Source: Roseibacillus sp. (GTDB lineage: Bacteria; Verrucomicrobiota; Verrucomicrobiia; Verrucomicrobiales; Akkermansiaceae). Taken from it: a stretch of DNA of 64,000 nucleotides. Positions 46,638-55,537 of the stretch are shown piece by piece. Numbering within the stretch: the first letter of the stretch is position 1; every line of letters begins with the position of its first letter. The translations under genes were made by a program, and so were the position numbers. The stretch lies in contig CBDEUM010000029.1 in assembly GCA_965242925.1 (NCBI GenBank), forward strand, positions 320,001 through 384,000, written 5' to 3'. Under the pieces are notes generated by a model. It did not search any database. It was not told where the DNA came from and saw only the letters and a list, made by a program, of their open reading frames with translations.

Positions 46638-46720
46638 TACCGGGAACAGGACTCGAACCTGCACGTCCAGAGGACACCTGATCCTAAATCAGGCGCGTCT
46701 ACCAATTCCGCCATCCCGGC
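46638..46720 (-). tRNA. tRNA-Leu (anticodon TAG), CCA not encoded
   Basis: Reverse complement GCCGGGATGGCGGAATTGGTAGACGCG-CCTGA TTTAGGA TCAGG-variable arm-GCAGGTTCGAGTCCTG-TTCCCGGTA. Confidence 0.97.
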
Positions 46721-46730
46721 ATTGGGGGGA

Positions 46731-46758
46731 AGGCTAGGAGGTGGGAGGGAAATGACAA
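46731..46758 (-). promoter_or_regulatory. Sigma70-type promoter of tRNA-Leu
   Basis: Minus strand TTGTCA-N16-TAGCCT, 10 nt upstream of the tRNA 5' end. Confidence 0.55.
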
Positions 46759-46797
46759 GGGGGCATTGGGAGAGGAGAGTCCGGATTTCCCGGGGCT

Positions 46798-47898
46798 TCA
46801 GGCGGGGCAGGGAAAGGGGAGCCCGGAACTGGTGGCACCCTTGGAGAATTCGAGGACGTGGAAGCGGGAGCCGAAGAAGGCCGGGTGGGTCAGGGTCTGG
46901 AACTGGCGCAGGAAATCCCGGTTGCTCCCCTCGGGGGAAAGATCGGAGAGGATGTCGCGAGCGAGGTGGACGAGGTAGCTCTCCTGGCGGGCGGAGCCGA
47001 GGGACTGCAGGCCAGCGGCGGCCGCCGCTTCCCGCACCCTGGTGAAGTCGAGGTGGGTGGTGAGGTCGCGTTGGCCCGGGGCGTCGAGGGGGTCGTCCCC
47101 GGCCTGGTGGTGGGCGTAGGTCTGCAGGGTGCCCTCGGTGCGGTCGGGGTGGTAGTAATCTTCGCGCTCGAAGCCGTAGTCGATGAAGAGGAAAAGGGCG
47201 TCTTCGAAGACCCCGGCTAGTTCGCGGAAGAAGGGGCCCAGTTGGAGGCACACCTCGGTGGAGTAGCCGTCCGGAAGATCGGAAGGGAGGGTCGCCAGGT
47301 GCTGCTGGAGGTCGCCCCCGGGAACTGGGGTCTCGGTCCAGGACAGGCTGTCATTTTCAAGGGTGACGAGGCGCTCGTTCCATGCCCCGCCGGAGGAGCG
47401 CACGAGGTGCACGGGCAGGGCGTCGAGGACTTCGTTGGCGAGGATCACTCCCCGTTCGGCCCGGTGGTCCGCGGGAGAGGCCACGATGTCGAGGCGGGCT
47501 TCTTTGGCAGCGGAGAAGCGGGCGGCGAGGGCCTCGCGCTTGCGGGCATTGTGTTCGCAGACGGTGTAGTGGAGGGAGCGGTGGAAGGCGGCGTCCATAC
47601 CGTGGGCAGCCCGCAGGATATCGAGGGCCAGGGAGCCGTCCTCGGGACCCAGTTCGAGGACCGGGAGGGAGGCGGGACGACCGTGTGCTTCCCAGGCCTG
47701 GTGGAGTCGGACGGCGAGGAGGCGGCCGAAGGCCTGGCCCACGCTCACACTGGTGGCGAAATCGCCCGTGCGACCGATCCGGGTGCGGGCGAGATTGCTG
47801 TAGTAGCCATGCTCCCCGTGGTAGAGGGCCAGCTCCATGAAGCGGGGAAAGGGGAGTGGGCCTTCCTGCTCGATGAGGGGACGCAGGACATGGTCCAA
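46798..47898 (-). CDS. SAM-dependent methyltransferase, MidA/NDUFAF7 family (start approximate, TTG)
   Basis: FMELALY...GYY, G..GDF.TS, ELGP..G.LA.DIL, ANEVLDALP, IDYG, GTLQ.Y..H, PG..DLT.H.DF. Confidence 0.9.
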   Translation of the reverse strand: MDHVLRPLIEQEGPLPFPRFMELALYHGEHGYYSNLARTRIGRTGDFATSVSVGQAFGRLLAVRLHQAWEAHGRPASLPVLELGPEDGSLALDILRAAHGMDAAFHRSLHYTVCEHNARKREALAARFSAAKEARLDIVASPADHRAERGVILANEVLDALPVHLVRSSGGAWNERLVTLENDSLSWTETPVPGGDLQQHLATLPSDLPDGYSTEVCLQLGPFFRELAGVFEDALFLFIDYGFEREDYYHPDRTEGTLQTYAHHQAGDDPLDAPGQRDLTTHLDFTRVREAAAAAGLQSLGSARQESYLVHLARDILSDLSPEGSNRDFLRQFQTLTHPAFFGSRFHVLEFSKGATSSGLPFPCPA

Positions 47899-47980
47899 TA
47901 GAGGGATTGCCCCGATCCCGGAAGAGGGGTAATTTTCCGGGACAGGGTGCTTACAGGGCCGGCTTGGATCCCCCGATTCC

Positions 47981-50470
47981 ATGGCGAAACAGAAAAAGAA
48001 AAACCGACGGAAGCGTCGTTTTTACAAGCGCAAACGGCTGTGGATCTTTCTTTTGCTCTGCATGTCGGCGGGGGTGGTAGGCCTGCGCGAAGCCAATGAA
48101 CGCCTCCAGCCCTACAAGGAGCAGGCCGCCCAGATCGACATTTCGACCATCGATGACGTCGAGATTCCGAGCCTGATCATGGACCACAAGGGCCGGGAAA
48201 TCGGGCGTATGTTCGTGGAAAACCGCAGCAAGGTATCCATCGAGAAAGTGCCCCAGAAACTGATTGATGCCCTCATCGCACAGGAGGACCAGCGTTTCTT
48301 CGAGCACGACGGAGTGGACCAGATCGGGGTGGCACGGGCGATCTGGCTCAACCTGAAGGCGGGGGCGGTGACCCAGGGCGCGAGTACGATCACGATGCAG
48401 CTGGCACGCAATGCATTTGACCTGAAATCCAAGGTGAAGGCTCGCGGACAGACCGGCATCGAGCGCAAGATCGTGGAGGCTTTCCTGGCCCTGCGTATCG
48501 AACAGCACCTCATGGACTCGATCGCGGCGAACTATCCTGATGAAGGGGCGAGCAAGGCGCGGATGAAGAGGATGGTGCTGGAGTATTACCTCAACCGCAT
48601 TCCCTTCGGCCATGGCTACTACGGGGTGCGATCCGGAGCGCTGGGCTATTTCGGGAAGGAGCCCATGGATCTCACCATCGAGGAGTGCGCCTCGCTGGTG
48701 GCCTGTGTGAAGAATCCCACCCAGATCTCGCCCCTCGCCAACAGGGCGAAGAACCGCAAGGCACGAGATCACGTTCTCAACCGGATGCTCGCCGAGGAGA
48801 TGATCACGGAGTCGGAATGGATGGAACTCTCCAGCAAGCCGGTGGTGGTGAATCCCAAGCCACTGCGAAAGGGCAAGTCGCACCTCTACGAGATCGTGGA
48901 TGACATCGCGCTGGAGAAGGTGGGGATCGAGGCGATGTCGCGGGGCGGGTTCCGGATCTACACCACCATCGACCGGGATGCCCAGAACCGGGCGGAGCGA
49001 AGCCTGCAGGCGCACCTCGCCCGGATTGAGGCCCGGTCGGAATACGGCCACCCGAAGCACAGCGAGTTCAAGGCGGCTCCGGGTAAGGTGCCCGCTTATC
49101 TCCAGAGTGCAGCTCTCATGATCGACTCGGACACGGGCAACGTGCTGGCCTACGTGGGAGGGCGGGACTACGCGCACTCGCAGTATGATTTCATTGAACT
49201 GGGCCGCCGTCCGTTCGGGACCACTTACCTGCCCGTTGTTTATGCGGCGGCCCTGGAATCCGGCCACCACCCCTGCACCACGATAAGGGACGAGGCGATG
49301 GATGCGCGGGCGGTCGCCGTGGGTGCCCAGGAAGGGATCCTGGGCGAGTGGGGCATGGAGGTTCTCAATCCGCAATACGAAGGCCGGATTTCAAGCAAGC
49401 GTGCGCTGGCCGCCTCCAAGCTGGCGGCGACCGTGCGCCTGGGGCGCGGGTTGAGCTTGGAAGAGGTGGCGGATCAGGCCAGGGCCTTTGGTCTCCCGGT
49501 GGGCAAGGGAGAGCTTCTCACCCGGATGCTGCTTGGTTATGACTCGGTCTCACTCAAGGAGGCGGTGCGGGCCTATTCTGCCATTTCCCGCAAGGGCGTC
49601 CTGCCGGGCGACCTGCGCTATATCGAGCGGATCGAGGATGCGGACGGGGAGGTGGTCTATCAGGCTGACCCTGCGGAGAAATCCGATACAGATCCTGCGT
49701 GTGACGAGATCACCGCCTACCAGATTCACGATATGCTGCGCGAGTCGCTGCAAAGCGGCAATCTGGCCACGGAAGCCTCCACGCTCAGGCAGCAACCCTT
49801 CACCGGGGCGGTCAAGACGGGGACCACTCACAAGTTCGCGGACGGCTGGTGCGTCGGCTACAACGGGAAAGTGACTCTCGGGGTATGGGTCGGTTTTCAC
49901 CAGGGCAAGGAAGCGATCTATGAAAATGCCTTTGGACGTCAGCTGGTCTTCCGCCCCTGGTCGGAAGTGATGAACGTGGCGGAGGACAGTTATCCCGGAA
50001 CAGAAATCGAGCCACCGGAGGGCCTCTCGCCGGTCAAGGTGTGCAGCGAATCGGGACTGCGTGCCACCCGTTATTGTTATGAGTCGGTGGAAGATCCGGT
50101 GAAGGGCAGGAGCTTTCGCTACACCGGGCACACCGAGTTGCTGCGTGCCGCCCGGAGGAAGCTCGGGCTGTGCGACATCCATGGAAAGGGAGGGATCGGA
50201 ACCAATGAGGTTCTGGAACGCTACGGTCCGCTCGCGGTGGAATCCGGTGACCAGCAACTCCTGCCCGTGGCACCCATCGTGCCGCAGACCAACGGGCTGG
50301 TGGGAGAGGATCCCTACAACTCGGAGTTGGTCAACCTGGAGGACGCCAACGGAGAGCTCAGCATATTCGTGAGGGGGCCGAGCCTGTTACTGGAGACCGA
50401 GATTCTGGGTGACGGCGATGACGGGGTGCCGCTGCATCGCCCCCGGAAGATCGAGATCAAAACGGATTGA
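47981..50470 (+). CDS. Class A penicillin-binding protein (PBP1A-like): GT51 domain plus degenerate transpeptidase domain
   Basis: TM anchor, EDQRFFEHDG, QGASTITMQLARN, RKIVE, YYLNRI, IYTTID, VGGRDY and KTGTT. The SxxK position reads TTYL and the SxN position reads SKL. Confidence 0.92.
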   Translation: MAKQKKKNRRKRRFYKRKRLWIFLLLCMSAGVVGLREANERLQPYKEQAAQIDISTIDDVEIPSLIMDHKGREIGRMFVENRSKVSIEKVPQKLIDALIAQEDQRFFEHDGVDQIGVARAIWLNLKAGAVTQGASTITMQLARNAFDLKSKVKARGQTGIERKIVEAFLALRIEQHLMDSIAANYPDEGASKARMKRMVLEYYLNRIPFGHGYYGVRSGALGYFGKEPMDLTIEECASLVACVKNPTQISPLANRAKNRKARDHVLNRMLAEEMITESEWMELSSKPVVVNPKPLRKGKSHLYEIVDDIALEKVGIEAMSRGGFRIYTTIDRDAQNRAERSLQAHLARIEARSEYGHPKHSEFKAAPGKVPAYLQSAALMIDSDTGNVLAYVGGRDYAHSQYDFIELGRRPFGTTYLPVVYAAALESGHHPCTTIRDEAMDARAVAVGAQEGILGEWGMEVLNPQYEGRISSKRALAASKLAATVRLGRGLSLEEVADQARAFGLPVGKGELLTRMLLGYDSVSLKEAVRAYSAISRKGVLPGDLRYIERIEDADGEVVYQADPAEKSDTDPACDEITAYQIHDMLRESLQSGNLATEASTLRQQPFTGAVKTGTTHKFADGWCVGYNGKVTLGVWVGFHQGKEAIYENAFGRQLVFRPWSEVMNVAEDSYPGTEIEPPEGLSPVKVCSESGLRATRYCYESVEDPVKGRSFRYTGHTELLRAARRKLGLCDIHGKGGIGTNEVLERYGPLAVESGDQQLLPVAPIVPQTNGLVGEDPYNSELVNLEDANGELSIFVRGPSLLLETEILGDGDDGVPLHRPRKIEIKTD

Positions 50471-50504
50471 GCAGGCTGGCGGACGGAAGTAGTTTACCGG
50501 GGCA

Positions 50505-51773
50505 ATGGCAGACCATCTGGATGCGTCTCAGACTGATTGGCACGGATACTCCTGTCCGGGGTGTCACACGCTTTTTCGTGTGAAGGGCGCGTGGCGCGGA
50601 AGGCAGGTGGAGTGTCCCAATTGTGCGGAGGTGGCACGTATCCCGGCACCGGGCCTGGGTGGGCGGGCCGCCATTCCTCCCCCCGGCGCATCCGGCCTGA
50701 GGCAGGTTCGAGTTACAGGTACGGATGCCGTGAATGAAGAAGAGACCGCAATGAAGGGGTTCCGCATGCCCGGAGAAACGGTGGAGGGGAAGGAGGCTTC
50801 CGCCGAAGGGGGGCGCATTCGGCGCAAGGTGGTCAAGGCGGTGGACGGATCTGAAGAATTCGACTGGGAGTCGGAAGACAAGGGCGGGCGCTCTTCCGGC
50901 GCGGAGCCCCCGGGTTCCTTGCGTCCGATTCTGTTTGGTGGGCTGGCGGTTCTGATCCTGATGGTGGGAGTGGTGGCTTCCATTGCGATTAATCAGGAAC
51001 TGATCGGCAAGGGCCGGACCATGGAGGAGGACGTGAGACGGGAGGCCTTGGGGTTCCCCGTGCGCAAGGGACTGGTCGGGTCTGCTCTGGACATCCAGAA
51101 TACGGACCTGAAAGCGGAGCTGGCTGACGTCGTGATGATCGTGGAAAAGTTCCTGGGTGCCGGGACCGTGGAAGAAGTTCTCGCGGCTACCCGCCGGGAT
51201 CCGGGGCTGGAGCAGAAGATCAGGGACTATTACCGCACGCGCCGTTTGACTCCTGTCGTGCCGAAGGCGATAGCCCCGGAGGGTCGGATGCTGAAGAGCC
51301 AGGGGCTCTGGGCGGTTGATGTCCTGTTGCCCGATCACAGTGTCAAACCGATCGCAGCCGAGCGTGTGAATGATGGCTATGTCATCGATTGGGAGAGCTG
51401 GGTGGGTTATTCCGAGGTGCCGTGGGAAGAGGTGGGGAAGGTTCGGCCGACGAAGTCCGTCCTCTTCCGGGTGCTCTGCGCGCCAATCAATTACTACAAC
51501 TTTGGGTTCACGGATGATAGCAAGTGGCGCTCGTATCGACTGCAGTCACCGGACCGCAAACACACGCTATACGGCTACGTCAAACGGCTCTCCATCCAGG
51601 AAAGCATGTTGACCTGGTATGATACGAAGCCAGGTCAATCGCGCGCCTACATCCTGCGGATCCGTTTTACAGATAAATCAGGTCCGGATCAGGTCATTAT
51701 CGAAGAGGTCGTTGAATCCGGCTGGGTGAGGGCAGGTTTCAGTGAGCCCGCCCGGGTTCCGGTCGAGCAATGA
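50505..51773 (+). CDS. Hypothetical bitopic membrane protein with an N-terminal Zn-ribbon
   Basis: CPGC-x15-CPNC, a disordered linker, a TM segment (LFGGLAVLILMVGVVASIAI) and a periplasmic domain with IDWESWVGYSE.PW. Confidence 0.75.
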   Translation: MADHLDASQTDWHGYSCPGCHTLFRVKGAWRGRQVECPNCAEVARIPAPGLGGRAAIPPPGASGLRQVRVTGTDAVNEEETAMKGFRMPGETVEGKEASAEGGRIRRKVVKAVDGSEEFDWESEDKGGRSSGAEPPGSLRPILFGGLAVLILMVGVVASIAINQELIGKGRTMEEDVRREALGFPVRKGLVGSALDIQNTDLKAELADVVMIVEKFLGAGTVEEVLAATRRDPGLEQKIRDYYRTRRLTPVVPKAIAPEGRMLKSQGLWAVDVLLPDHSVKPIAAERVNDGYVIDWESWVGYSEVPWEEVGKVRPTKSVLFRVLCAPINYYNFGFTDDSKWRSYRLQSPDRKHTLYGYVKRLSIQESMLTWYDTKPGQSRAYILRIRFTDKSGPDQVIIEEVVESGWVRAGFSEPARVPVEQ

Positions 51774-51827
51774 CTTCCCCGTGCCTCGTATCCTCGTTAT
51801 TCAAATCACAAGTCCCGTTGTCATCCC

Positions 51828-53114
51828 ATGGAATTTCTTGACCTTGCCGCCATCCTGCTCGTTCTCGCCGCAGTCTTCGGGTATCTCAACCTGAAGTTTC
51901 TCAAGCTACCCACCACGATCGGGATCATGCTGATCGGACTGCTCTCAAGCATGGTCCTTCTGATGCTGCGGGATGCCCTCCCCCTGATTCCGGAGGCTGC
52001 AGACCGGTTTGTGGAATCGATCGATTTCAACAAGACCCTGATGGAGGGAATGCTGAGTTTCCTGCTCTTCGCAGGAGCCCTCCACGTTAATCTCGGTAAC
52101 CTGCTGGATCAGAAGAGGCTGATTGCCATCATGGCCAGCTTCGGAGTGGTGTTCTCGACCTTCGTGATCGGAGGAGCGACCTGGCTGCTTTTTCCGCTTT
52201 TCGGCTTCGAAGTTCCCTTCCTGTGGTGTCTCGTTTTCGGGGCGCTCATTTCACCGACCGATCCGGTGGCGGTTCTGAGCATCCTCAAAACCGCGGGGGC
52301 TCCAAAGTCTCTCGAGACCAAAATCACGGGGGAATCGCTCTTCAACGACGGGGTGGGGGTGGTGGTCTATCTCGCGGTGCTCGGAATGGCCCTGGGGGGA
52401 CACGGGGATCATGGAATGACCGGGGCAGGTGATGTGGCCAAGCTTTTCCTCGTGGAGGCGGGGGGCGGCATGCTGTGGGGATTTGCGATCGGACTCGCGG
52501 CCTACTTCATGCTCCGTTCGATCGACAATTACCAGATCGAGGTGCTTATCACCCTGGCCCTGGTAACGGCGGGTTATCGCCTGGCCTCCCATTGGCACCT
52601 CAGTGGCCCGCTGGCGATGGTGGTGGCTGGCCTGATGATAGGCAATCAGGGCAGGAGCTTCGCGATGAGCGAGAAAACCCGCGAGCACCTGGACACTTTC
52701 TGGGAACTGGTGGATGAGATTCTCAATGCGGTTCTCTTTCTCCTTATCGGTCTCGAACTTTTAGTTCTCAATCTCTCCGGACGGGCCATCGCGGTGGGCG
52801 CGATCCTGATCGTGGTGGTGCTGGCAGCCCGCTTTGCGGCCACCTCCATCCCGGTGATGCTGTTGAAGAGCAGGCGGGAGTTCTCGCCCGGGGTGGTCCG
52901 TATCCTCACCTGGGGAGGACTGCGGGGCGGGATCTCGGTGGCTCTGGCCCTTGGCATTCCGAAGGATTTTGAGTACCGGCAGGAGTTCCTGGTGGCCACC
53001 TATGTAGTGGTGGTCTTCTCCATCGTGGTGCAGGGTCTCACTTTGAAGCCGCTGGTGGCCCGGGTGGTGAGGGCAGGAGACGAGGAGGAGGAACCGACCA
53101 CCTCGTCAGCATGA
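51828..53114 (+). CDS. nhaP: Na+/H+ antiporter, CPA1/NhaP family
   Basis: About 12 TMs, LLFAGALH, FGALISPTDPVAV, GESLFNDG, WGGLRGGISVALAL, VQGLT. Confidence 0.92.
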   Translation: MEFLDLAAILLVLAAVFGYLNLKFLKLPTTIGIMLIGLLSSMVLLMLRDALPLIPEAADRFVESIDFNKTLMEGMLSFLLFAGALHVNLGNLLDQKRLIAIMASFGVVFSTFVIGGATWLLFPLFGFEVPFLWCLVFGALISPTDPVAVLSILKTAGAPKSLETKITGESLFNDGVGVVVYLAVLGMALGGHGDHGMTGAGDVAKLFLVEAGGGMLWGFAIGLAAYFMLRSIDNYQIEVLITLALVTAGYRLASHWHLSGPLAMVVAGLMIGNQGRSFAMSEKTREHLDTFWELVDEILNAVLFLLIGLELLVLNLSGRAIAVGAILIVVVLAARFAATSIPVMLLKSRREFSPGVVRILTWGGLRGGISVALALGIPKDFEYRQEFLVATYVVVVFSIVVQGLTLKPLVARVVRAGDEEEEPTTSSA

Positions 53115-53234
53115 GGAGATCGAGGCGTTTCCGGCAGCTCCGTGGTCGAAAGTGCTGACCGGTGCGGAGATCGATCATTCCCGGCGCGCCCCTCCCCGGG
53201 TGAGAGAGAAGAAAGGCCGGGTGGTGTTCCAAGG

Positions 53235-55316
53235 CTAGGCAAGCAATGGGGCGATCACGAGGCTCACGATGGCCATCACGTTGATCATGATGTTCATGGA
53301 GGGCCCCGAGGTGTCCTTGAGGGGGTCGCCCACGGTATCACCAACTACACAACTCTTGTGGATTTCGCCACCCTTGCCCCCGAAATGTCCGTCTTCCACA
53401 TACTTCTTGGCATTGTCCCAGGCACCACCCGCATTGGACATCATGAGGGCGAGGAGCATGCAGCCGATAAGGGCGCCGCAGAGCGTGCCGGCCAGGGCGA
53501 TGGAACCGTTGCTGCCGAAGCCGAAACCGACCAGGACAGGCGTTCCCACCGCGAGGAGGGCGGGCAGAATCATCCGTTTGGTGGCGGCCCTGGTGGCGAT
53601 GTCCACACAGCGGTCGGAGTCAGGTTCGGCGGTTCCGTCAAGGAGGCCCGGAATTTCACGGAACTGGCGCCGGATTTCCGAAATCATTTCAAAGGCGGCC
53701 CGACCCACCGCATCCATGGTGATGGCCCCATTGAGAAACGGAACCACGCCCCCGATGAAGACTCCAACGAAGAAGGTGCGCAGGATAGCCGGGTCACTCA
53801 GGTTGAGATCGACACCGGTTTTCTGGATGAAGGCGGTGGTGAGGGCGAGGGCGGAGAGCCCGGCCGCCCCGATGGCGAAGCCCTTACCGATGGCAGCGGT
53901 GGTGTTGCCCACCGCGTCGAGACCGTCGGTGATCTTGCGGGTTTCCTCACCCATGGCTGCCATCTCGGCAATTCCGCCGGCGTTGTCGGCAACCGGTCCG
54001 TAGGCATCGATGGCCATGGTGATCCCCACCGTGCCAAGCATTCCAACCGCTGCGATCCCCACGCCGTAGAGTCCGGCGAATTCAAAGGAGATGAAAATGA
54101 TGGCTGCGATGGTGAGGAGGGGAACGGCCACCGATTTCAGGCCGACCGAGAGCCCGGCAATCATGAGGGTAGCCACCCCGGTCTCCCCCTGACGGGCGAT
54201 CTCCTTGACTGGCGCGCCCCCGGTGTAGTGTTCGGTGATGAGACCGATCACGATCCCACCCACGGCTCCGCAGAGGATGCAGAGTCCGACCGCCGGGTTG
54301 AATCCAAGGAGTTTGCCAATCCCAAAGGAGGCACCGATGAAGATGACGGCCGCTCCAATTGTGCCGAAGCGCAGGGCTTCCGCGGGATTCTTGCCGGCCA
54401 TCAGCCTAACGATGAGAATGCCGAGAATGGAGCAGGCCAGACCGATGGAGGTGAGGAGGAGAGGGAGTTGCATGAGTTCCAGCATGCCCTCCCTGCCCGG
54501 CGAGGCACCGATCCTGTCCATGAGTTCGGTGGCTTGCGCGTCCATCGAACTGGCAGCGCGGGCACCCATCGCCGCAGCGATGGCCACGGTGGCGATCTGG
54601 GCGTTGCAGTAGGATTCGAAGATATCCGATCCCATCCCGGCCACATCACCCACGTTGTCGCCCACGTTGTCAGCGATCACGCCCGGGTTGCGCGGGTCGT
54701 CCTCGGGAATACCTGCTTCGACTTTTCCGACGAGGTCCGCACCGACATCGGCGGCCTTGGTGAAGATGCCACCACCGACCCGGTAGAACAGAGCCACCAG
54801 AGACGCCCCCATGGCAAATCCTTCCATGATCTCGGCGACATGATCTACATGAGAATCCTTGCTGAAATACCAGAAGAGTCCGCCGAGCCCGATCAATCCC
54901 ATGGAAGCCACGGTGAGTCCCATCACCGAGCCGCCGAAGAACGCGATTGAGAGGGCCTGGGCCGGACCCTCGTTCTTGGCGGCCAGGGTGGTGCGCACGT
55001 TGGCCTTGGTGGCGGTATACATTCCGATGAATCCGGCCAGGGAGGAGGCAAGGGCCCCAAAGAAGAAGGCAAGGGACTGCTGTCTGCCGTAATCCGGCTG
55101 GAAAAGGAAGAGGGCTCCCCCGATGACGAGGGAGAAGATGGAGATGAGGAGGAATTCCCTCCTCATGAAGACCATGGCTCCACGGTGAATCTTCTCGGCG
55201 ATTTCGGCGATTTTCCCCTCTCCTCCGGGACGCTTGACGATGCGGCTCAGCAGGATAAAGGCGGTAATCAACCCCACGATTCCGGCTGCGGGGGTAAGGA
55301 TCGGGTCGACTTGCAT
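53235..55316 (-). CDS. hppA: Membrane-bound pyrophosphatase, K+-dependent, probably Na+-translocating
   Basis: [88 protein letters not shown]. Confidence 0.96.
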   Translation of the reverse strand: MQVDPILTPAAGIVGLITAFILLSRIVKRPGGEGKIAEIAEKIHRGAMVFMRREFLLISIFSLVIGGALFLFQPDYGRQQSLAFFFGALASSLAGFIGMYTATKANVRTTLAAKNEGPAQALSIAFFGGSVMGLTVASMGLIGLGGLFWYFSKDSHVDHVAEIMEGFAMGASLVALFYRVGGGIFTKAADVGADLVGKVEAGIPEDDPRNPGVIADNVGDNVGDVAGMGSDIFESYCNAQIATVAIAAAMGARAASSMDAQATELMDRIGASPGREGMLELMQLPLLLTSIGLACSILGILIVRLMAGKNPAEALRFGTIGAAVIFIGASFGIGKLLGFNPAVGLCILCGAVGGIVIGLITEHYTGGAPVKEIARQGETGVATLMIAGLSVGLKSVAVPLLTIAAIIFISFEFAGLYGVGIAAVGMLGTVGITMAIDAYGPVADNAGGIAEMAAMGEETRKITDGLDAVGNTTAAIGKGFAIGAAGLSALALTTAFIQKTGVDLNLSDPAILRTFFVGVFIGGVVPFLNGAITMDAVGRAAFEMISEIRRQFREIPGLLDGTAEPDSDRCVDIATRAATKRMILPALLAVGTPVLVGFGFGSNGSIALAGTLCGALIGCMLLALMMSNAGGAWDNAKKYVEDGHFGGKGGEIHKSCVVGDTVGDPLKDTSGPSMNIMINVMAIVSLVIAPLLA

Positions 55317-55537
55317 TGGGGAGGGTGCAGGTGGAGAGTGAATCAGCCTGTATTAACGAGTCAGGGTTGCCTCGGCGGGCGTGGAGGTCTAATAGGCGGC
55401 GCCCGATCTGGCAACAAAAATGGGGAGGTTGAGTTACTCAAGGGAGGTGAGCCATCGGAATCTTCCCCGGATTGTCCTCGAATTCCGTGGGTGCTGATTG
55501 TTCTGGAAAGGGGCTGGGGCCGGATCGGGATCGTTTT

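Noticed and set aside
53142..54950. 602-aa plus-strand ORF and other long antisense ORFs (e.g. 36555-38342, 47951-49375, 29298-30683, 59065-60384, 45122-46099)
   Set aside because: They are shadows of well-supported genes on the opposite strand in high-GC DNA and carry no recognisable motifs.
55317..55537. Na+-sensing riboswitch upstream of hppA
   Set aside because: The context is plausible, but I cannot match a consensus structure by eye. It would need an Rfam covariance search.
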